This document shows positions 58,679-64,000 of a stretch of DNA of 64,000 nt, in pieces. How positions within the stretch are numbered: position 1 is the first letter of the stretch; each line of letters starts with the position of its first letter. Origin of the DNA: Candidatus Poribacteria bacterium (GTDB taxonomy: Bacteria; Poribacteria; WGA-4E; WGA-3G); NCBI GenBank assembly GCA_965198235.1, contig OZ240248.1, positions 3,680,001 to 3,744,000 on the forward strand. Reading direction: 5' to 3'. The notes under the pieces were generated by a model. The model was not told the DNA's origin, made no database searches, and was given only the letters and a program-made list of their open reading frames with translations. A program made the translations under genes and the position numbers.

Positions 58679-59349
58679 GTGGTGAGAATCCTTCCATCTT
58701 TCATCTGAATGACACGATCGGCGTTCTCTTTTAATCCTTCGTGATGCGTCACAATAGCGATAGTGGTTTGGTGTTCTTGGCGCAGTTCTTGAATAAGGTT
58801 CATCAGGTTGTCACTCTGGCGACTGTCGAGGTTGGCGGTAGGTTCATCTGCGAAGATGATTTTCGGACGGTTGGCGAGGGCACGCGCAAAAGAAACGCGT
58901 TGTTTTTCACCACCGGAGAGTTGGGCAGGACGATGGTGAAGCCGTTCTCTCAAGCCGACTTGTGTGAGTAGTTCCGTCGCACGGCTCTCTGCTTCGGCGG
59001 TTTTCGTTCGGGCGAGATCCATGGCGACCATAACGTTTTCAAGTGCTGTGAGATAGGGTAACAGGTGGAACAGTTGAAAGACAAATCCGATCTTTTCACG
59101 ACGAATGCCGCTCAAGTCTTGTGCTTCAGGGTCAATCGGTTCACCATCAATTTGGAGTCCCCCGGCATCCGGCGTTAAAATACAACCGAGAAGACTGATG
59201 AGCGTTGTCTTTCCACAACCGCTGTCTCCCATCAGCATCACCAGTTCACCCTCTTCAATTCGGATATCAACCGAATCAACAGCGACAACGGTGGCATCGC
59301 CACTGCCAAAACGTTTCGTTAAGCCTGTTCCTTCTACTATTGCCGCCAT
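58675..59349 (-). CDS. ABC transporter ATP-binding protein (LolD/MacB type)
   Basis: [37 protein letters not shown]. Confidence 0.95.
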   Translation of the reverse strand: MAAIVEGTGLTKRFGSGDATVVAVDSVDIRIEEGELVMLMGDSGCGKTTLISLLGCILTPDAGGLQIDGEPIDPEAQDLSGIRREKIGFVFQLFHLLPYLTALENVMVAMDLARTKTAEAESRATELLTQVGLRERLHHRPAQLSGGEKQRVSFARALANRPKIIFADEPTANLDSRQSDNLMNLIQELRQEHQTTIAIVTHHEGLKENADRVIQMKDGRILTT

Positions 59350-59546
59350 TTTGTATTACCTCTTAGATCGGAGTTGGAGCCGTTCTCTGATTCAAATATT
59401 TCTCTTCTTAACTGCGAACACATCCCCAAACCCAGTTGCGAATTAACCAGACACCTGCGCGAAATGAAATTAGGTTTCCTTAAATGGCATAATTTGTCTT
59501 TGCTTTACATTTGGAGCACCGCCCAGGAGCTTAATAACTTAAAAAA

Positions 59547-60677
59547 TTAGATTTCACCGCGGAATGCAATCATCGGATCGACTGTAATTGCTTTACGCGC
59601 TGCCAGATACCCGCTGCCACAACACACAATGAAACTGATGCACGCAACGATGATTGATTCGACGAAGTGAATCGCAACGAAAATCGGTGCCGCCGCCGCG
59701 AACACATACGACAAGGTGAGCCCAAGTAGCACGCCGACAGTGGAGATTAGGATAACCTGTTTGAGTAGAAGTCCCATCACATAGCCGTTTGAACCTCCGA
59801 TAGCCTTTAGTACACCGATTTCTTGTGTCTTTTCGAGCATCGTCACATAGGTAATCATCCCGACGAGGATGCCTGCTGCTAACCACAACATTACCCGTAG
59901 GAATTGCACAGCCTTCATCGGTTCGTCAACATAGTACTCAATGATGTTCCCAAGTGTCTGTTTTAAGGTGCGTGCTTCAATCGTTTCTAAGGCATCGTAA
60001 TCACGGGTTATCTCAGTTAAGGACAGATTCTTATTGGTTTTGGCAATCATCATGTTAACATGTGGGGTGTTTCCGAGTAGAAGTTTTTGAGCGATGCGGA
60101 CATCCATGAAGAGCAGCGGTGTATCCAAGACGAACATCAGACTTTTGGTCTTGCCAACAACTCGAACCTTTTCGTTGCTGAGGGTGATTTGCTGTCCAAT
60201 TTCCAGTCCCATTTTCTCGTCAACGACCACTTCATAGGGAACAGGATCCTCAGGTCTATAATCTTCAAAATTGCTTGGGGTGAACATTCTTCCCTCAATA
60301 GTTTGCTTAGGACCGCCAAGTTGCCCCAATTTATAGCCGACAACAATCGCCTTAGTGGATTTCCCATCGACTGCCGGACGTGCTTGTGCGAAAACCAGAG
60401 GTGACGCAGAATCCGGGACTAAGCCTTGCCCTGAGTTCAGAAACACCATGTATTCCTCAACGACGAGGGAGAAACCGATGAACGCACCACCGGAACCCTC
60501 TGCCGAGATCCAAAGGTCTGCCCCAGTGGATTCGACGTATTGCCGCGCTTGAATGCGCATACCGTTCATGATGCCACCTAACAGCAGTATCAATGAGATG
60601 AGTACGGTGATGCCGAGTGTTGTGAGTACAACTCTCGCTTGCCGATACCGCATGTCCTTGAGGAATAGCGTTTTCAT
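59547..60677 (-). CDS. ABC transporter permease (MacB/FtsX type)
   Basis: TM1, periplasmic domain, then 3 TMs; EKTQEIGVLKAIG; DPM.AFR. Confidence 0.92.
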   Translation of the reverse strand: MKTLFLKDMRYRQARVVLTTLGITVLISLILLLGGIMNGMRIQARQYVESTGADLWISAEGSGGAFIGFSLVVEEYMVFLNSGQGLVPDSASPLVFAQARPAVDGKSTKAIVVGYKLGQLGGPKQTIEGRMFTPSNFEDYRPEDPVPYEVVVDEKMGLEIGQQITLSNEKVRVVGKTKSLMFVLDTPLLFMDVRIAQKLLLGNTPHVNMMIAKTNKNLSLTEITRDYDALETIEARTLKQTLGNIIEYYVDEPMKAVQFLRVMLWLAAGILVGMITYVTMLEKTQEIGVLKAIGGSNGYVMGLLLKQVILISTVGVLLGLTLSYVFAAAAPIFVAIHFVESIIVACISFIVCCGSGYLAARKAITVDPMIAFRGEI

Positions 60678-60838
60678 GTTTTTAATTTTCCTTGCGGTTC
60701 GACGAACGGCGGTTTTTTGGGGAACGTGTCTTTGCGTAATCCAGCCCGGCCCGTTGGTTGGGCTTACCGTTTTTTGAATTAGAGGGAAAAGAATACAATT
60801 CTAACAAATATTGTTTGATCTCGGCGGAAATCCAATAA

Positions 60839-61729
60839 TTAAAAAACCTTTTCGGGCATTGTTTGTCGTTTGCGGCGATGCAACTGGACGTGTTCGTGAT
60901 ACGTACCTGCATCCGCCTCAACACCTGTATCGCGTTCTAAGAAGAGTGGAAATTCTGACGCAGGGGGCTTGGCATTGTGATACGCATGGCTATAACTCCG
61001 CATGATGATCCGCTGCTCACGGTTGAGCGTCTCCAACCATTTGGGCGAAGAATGGAACCGGTCAGCGGGAGTAACCCACGATGGACAGTAGGCGACGAAG
61101 ATGTTGTAGCGCACAACATCGCTTTCGTTCGGTTCAACGCGATGCCAGATACTGGAATGCATCACCGTCATCGTTCCTTTACGTGGACAGACGACCCTTT
61201 CCCCCGGAATACTTTTATGTGTATCGTAGCCGTTCATATACTGGTGCCGGTGGCTTCCCGGCAACACGACGAGGTTGCCCATCTTTTCTCTCGGCAGATC
61301 GGTCAACCAATACCCTATTTTGATTTGCAACGGCAGTTTGGGCGAAAACACACCGTACGGGAGAGCCCGCGCGCCGTCCGGATGCCATTGATTGTACTGT
61401 TTGCCGCCGGGTGGACGTAGGAAAAATTGGCTTTGATGGAGTTTGAGGAGTTCCGCGAACAGATCATACGCATAACCGACATGTCGCTCATGATCGATGA
61501 GGTCTGTAAACATGAGGTCGCGTTCAACGATGTTCTCCATGCCGAGATAGCCACCTGGGGTATATTTCGGACTGGTCGCGGCGACGCGGTCTATCGCGTC
61601 AATATAGGTCTGGATGTCCGCATCGGAAATCGCATCTTCAATAAAGATGATGCCGTCTTCGTTAAACGTCTTCCACTGTTCTGCTGTGAATCCGGATGGT
61701 GCAACACGATATTTTTGTTCGGTTTCCAT
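60839..61729 (-). CDS. Phytanoyl-CoA dioxygenase (PhyH) family Fe/2OG enzyme
   Basis: WHPDG, KIGYWLTD, PGSH, WH...N.S...R. Confidence 0.9.
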   Translation of the reverse strand: METEQKYRVAPSGFTAEQWKTFNEDGIIFIEDAISDADIQTYIDAIDRVAATSPKYTPGGYLGMENIVERDLMFTDLIDHERHVGYAYDLFAELLKLHQSQFFLRPPGGKQYNQWHPDGARALPYGVFSPKLPLQIKIGYWLTDLPREKMGNLVVLPGSHRHQYMNGYDTHKSIPGERVVCPRKGTMTVMHSSIWHRVEPNESDVVRYNIFVAYCPSWVTPADRFHSSPKWLETLNREQRIIMRSYSHAYHNAKPPASEFPLFLERDTGVEADAGTYHEHVQLHRRKRQTMPEKVF

Positions 61730-61893
61730 TAGAGAACTCCTTTCATTCGTTTTTATAGCAAATCCTGTGCCAATCAGGACAGTCCCACGCGGGTTAGATT
61801 CTTTGGGTAGTGTTCAGAACTAACTGCACAAAATAGGGCAGATTTTGTATCCAGTGGTACGAAATGGGGCAGATGTGCTCGATAACTGTCAAC

Positions 61894-62979
61894 TTACGCA
61901 TCATCGTTTTGCAAATGAAGGTCCTCAATCGATTCCGCGTCAAGAACCTCGTCAAAGAGCAAATCAAGCCGTGCCCGGCTACGGATCTCGTTAATCTGTG
62001 TGGCAAGGGCTTCTGGCACACTCCCAAATCGAGATTGGAGAAGCTTCAGAACCGCATCGCGTTTCGCGCGGGTTTCCCCTTGTTCAATGCCCTGTTCAAT
62101 GCCCTGTTCAATGCCCTGTTCAATGCCTTGTTCAAGCAGTGTGCCTGCAATCGCTTCTGCCATGATGTCTACCTCCATGTCATTCGCATGTTGATTCAGG
62201 ATATCTATCAAGCCTCTGTGTTCTCCAACCGGACGGCGATGCAAAATCAATAACAGCAGATACATAACCGACCGGCGCAGCTGTTGAGCCCCTTCTGTCT
62301 CAAGGTCGCTGAGCCGCAGCATTGCTTGCTGCAACGCATCGCTTATCACGTCCGCGTCTGCATACTCCTGTTGAAGAACCGTCAGTAACCAGCCGAACGG
62401 ATGATCCGTTCGCGTCAGGTCCGATGTCGCCGTCTCCTTTACACTTAGAAACAATGTGTCAAACGTCGGGACAAAACGGGCAAGCGCGTCTGGAATCTCC
62501 ATCATCCCTGTCAGTGACAACGCCACATTCCAACGCTGTGAACCCGTGTAAAATACGATGGGGAGAATCGGACGTAAACGCCATTCACTTTTGGGAACAT
62601 CGTCTGATTCCCAGTTCCGGCGTTGCGAATCCCATAGCTGCGTCATGTAAAACAGCACTCGAAATCCCATTGTCACATCAACCGTGGATTGGTGTTCAAT
62701 GAGAATATAAATAATCAACTCGTTGGTCTCGGACCCACCATAAAACGGGACACTAAAGATGATGTCGGATTCCTGTTCGCGAAGTGTGTCGGAAACAAAA
62801 CTCCTATTAAGTTGAACAAGCCGGGTAAAATCAATCTGTGATGCGATCCGGTCCGAGATGATTTCTATTAATCCTCGAACGTTTTCCTGGTTTTGGAGCA
62901 ACCATCGGGCACTCCTATCAGGAAAGTGCTGGATCGGGAAATCGAAAATGTTAAGTATATCTATTTCTGGCGTATCCAT
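61894..62979 (-). CDS. Rpn/YhgA-like PD-(D/E)xK nuclease (putative transposase_31 family)
   Basis: SFVSDTLRE.ESD, ILIEHQS, R.L.YM, PIVFYTG...W, (GIEQ)x4 and a C-terminal RFG helical domain; start ATG 62979 after AGGAGG. Confidence 0.92.
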   Translation of the reverse strand: MDTPEIDILNIFDFPIQHFPDRSARWLLQNQENVRGLIEIISDRIASQIDFTRLVQLNRSFVSDTLREQESDIIFSVPFYGGSETNELIIYILIEHQSTVDVTMGFRVLFYMTQLWDSQRRNWESDDVPKSEWRLRPILPIVFYTGSQRWNVALSLTGMMEIPDALARFVPTFDTLFLSVKETATSDLTRTDHPFGWLLTVLQQEYADADVISDALQQAMLRLSDLETEGAQQLRRSVMYLLLLILHRRPVGEHRGLIDILNQHANDMEVDIMAEAIAGTLLEQGIEQGIEQGIEQGIEQGETRAKRDAVLKLLQSRFGSVPEALATQINEIRSRARLDLLFDEVLDAESIEDLHLQNDDA

Positions 62980-63112
62980 AACCCTCCTGTGCCGCAAGGA
63001 AACTGTCAATGACGGAATACTAACTGCTGACGACTGACGACTAATAACTGATAACTGACTACTATTTAAGAGTATCATATTTTACCAAAAGCGTCAAACG
63101 ATAATAACAAGA

Positions 63113-63150
63113 TGTCCCAAACCCAAAGTGTAATCCTTGGATTTGGGACA
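63113..63150. terminator. Hairpin downstream of the desaturase gene (possible terminator)
   Basis: tgtcccaaacccaa ... ttggatttgggaca inverted repeat. Confidence 0.35.
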
Positions 63151-63219
63151 ACAGAATTCCAAGTCTTGATGCAGCAACCGCCTAAACGTTATTTCAAGAT
63201 AACCATTCATCAACGTTCA

Positions 63220-64000
63220 CTACACGCCAACCCCTGTTTCGTAAATATCGTTCTGGACTAACCATACCGAAACTGCTTGAACGAGGATCTGATTTGCCCG
63301 TTCAACAATCGGGTTTAGCGATGGGATATGAACAAACATTTTTTGTGCTCGGTGTTTCAGATTTGCGATTGATGGCAGCTCAAGGATTTTCATTTCTTTA
63401 AGAAATGCTTCAACTTCTGCCTGACTGATACGGGCACGATTACGCAATTCTTCTAATTTTGGAGTGTGTGTCCATGCTTTTAAAACCGCGTTACCGATGT
63501 ATTCAATCGAAAAACTTGCAGCGAGTTGTTGAGCAGTATTTTCGATGGTAGATAACGACAATTTACGTTGCCTTTCAACTACATGCTTGGGGGGTAAGCG
63601 TAGGTCCCAAACAATTCTAAAAATGGACAAAACTTTCAAAATATAATATGTAATATCAATTTGCCACCAACGAAAGCCTTGGGGTGTGGCACTTGGAAAG
63701 TGGTGATGATTGTTATGCCAGCCTTCACCTAATGTAATGATAGCGAGAAGCAAGTTATTGCGAGAATTATCACCGGTGACATACGGTTGTTTACCTATTA
63801 CATGTGAAAGAGAATTAATAGTAAATGTACCGTGAAAAAGGAGCACTGTACTCAGGAAGAAACCTACGACAAGTCCCGACCAACCTGCAACTGCCCATAC
63901 AAAGACAGCTAATAGGAAAGGGGGGAATCTTTCCCATTTATCGAGCCAAACAAGTTCTGGGTATTTCCGGAAATCCTTAATTATACTGTAATCTACGGTC
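63220..64000 (-). CDS. Acyl-CoA (delta-9) fatty acid desaturase (5' end outside the window) with C-terminal extension
   Basis: Frame is open to the window edge: KDFRKYPELVWLD...TFTINSLSH..G...SRNN...GEGWHNNHH...GFRWWQID. Confidence 0.92.
   Translation of the reverse strand, partial: TVDYSIIKDFRKYPELVWLDKWERFPPFLLAVFVWAVAGWSGLVVGFFLSTVLLFHGTFTINSLSHVIGKQPYVTGDNSRNNLLLAIITLGEGWHNNHHHFPSATPQGFRWWQIDITYYILKVLSIFRIVWDLRLPPKHVVERQRKLSLSTIENTAQQLAASFSIEYIGNAVLKAWTHTPKLEELRNRARISQAEVEAFLKEMKILELPSIANLKHRAQKMFVHIPSLNPIVERANQILVQAVSVWLVQNDIYETGVGV

Noticed and set aside
61894-62979. Rpn gene as an active IS element
   Set aside because: No terminal inverted repeats or target duplication; the family is not known to transpose.

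Overview
Bacterial chromosomal window of about 55 genes. Housekeeping genes: glmM-like, yvcK, glnS-gltX, ffh-rpsP-khpA-trmD-rplS-rnhB, yraN, ubiX. It also has an unusually elaborate phosphate-uptake operon (pstS-pstC-pstA-K+ channel-pstB-pstB-pstA-like-pstB-like-phoU) and many catabolic or secreted enzymes. The gene repertoire (PhyH dioxygenases, sulfatase-fold enzyme, ankyrin, TPR and PD40 repeat proteins, Uma2 and Rpn nucleases, a shared C-terminal 'V-S/T-P-K-x-K/R-L-x-T-x-W-x-x-I-K' tail) suggests Candidatus Poribacteria or a relative. That assignment is inference only. Intergenic DNA is densely filled with modular REP/MITE-like repeats. Main leads: (1) three PstB paralogues with complementary loss of catalytic motifs, plus a voltage-gated K+ channel inside the pst operon; (2) a candidate C-terminal sorting signal shared by unrelated secreted proteins, one of them a metalloprotease-ankyrin-pseudo-trypsin fusion; (3) several defence loci (type III R-M, mazEF, PIN-type TA) collapsed by internal deletions; (4) a hairpin repeat family with a conserved loop and covarying stems, and repeat ends that appear to supply translation starts; (5) an Rpn gene with an internal ribosome-binding site. 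I saw no tRNA, rRNA or CRISPR array. All calls come from reading motifs by eye, with no database searches.
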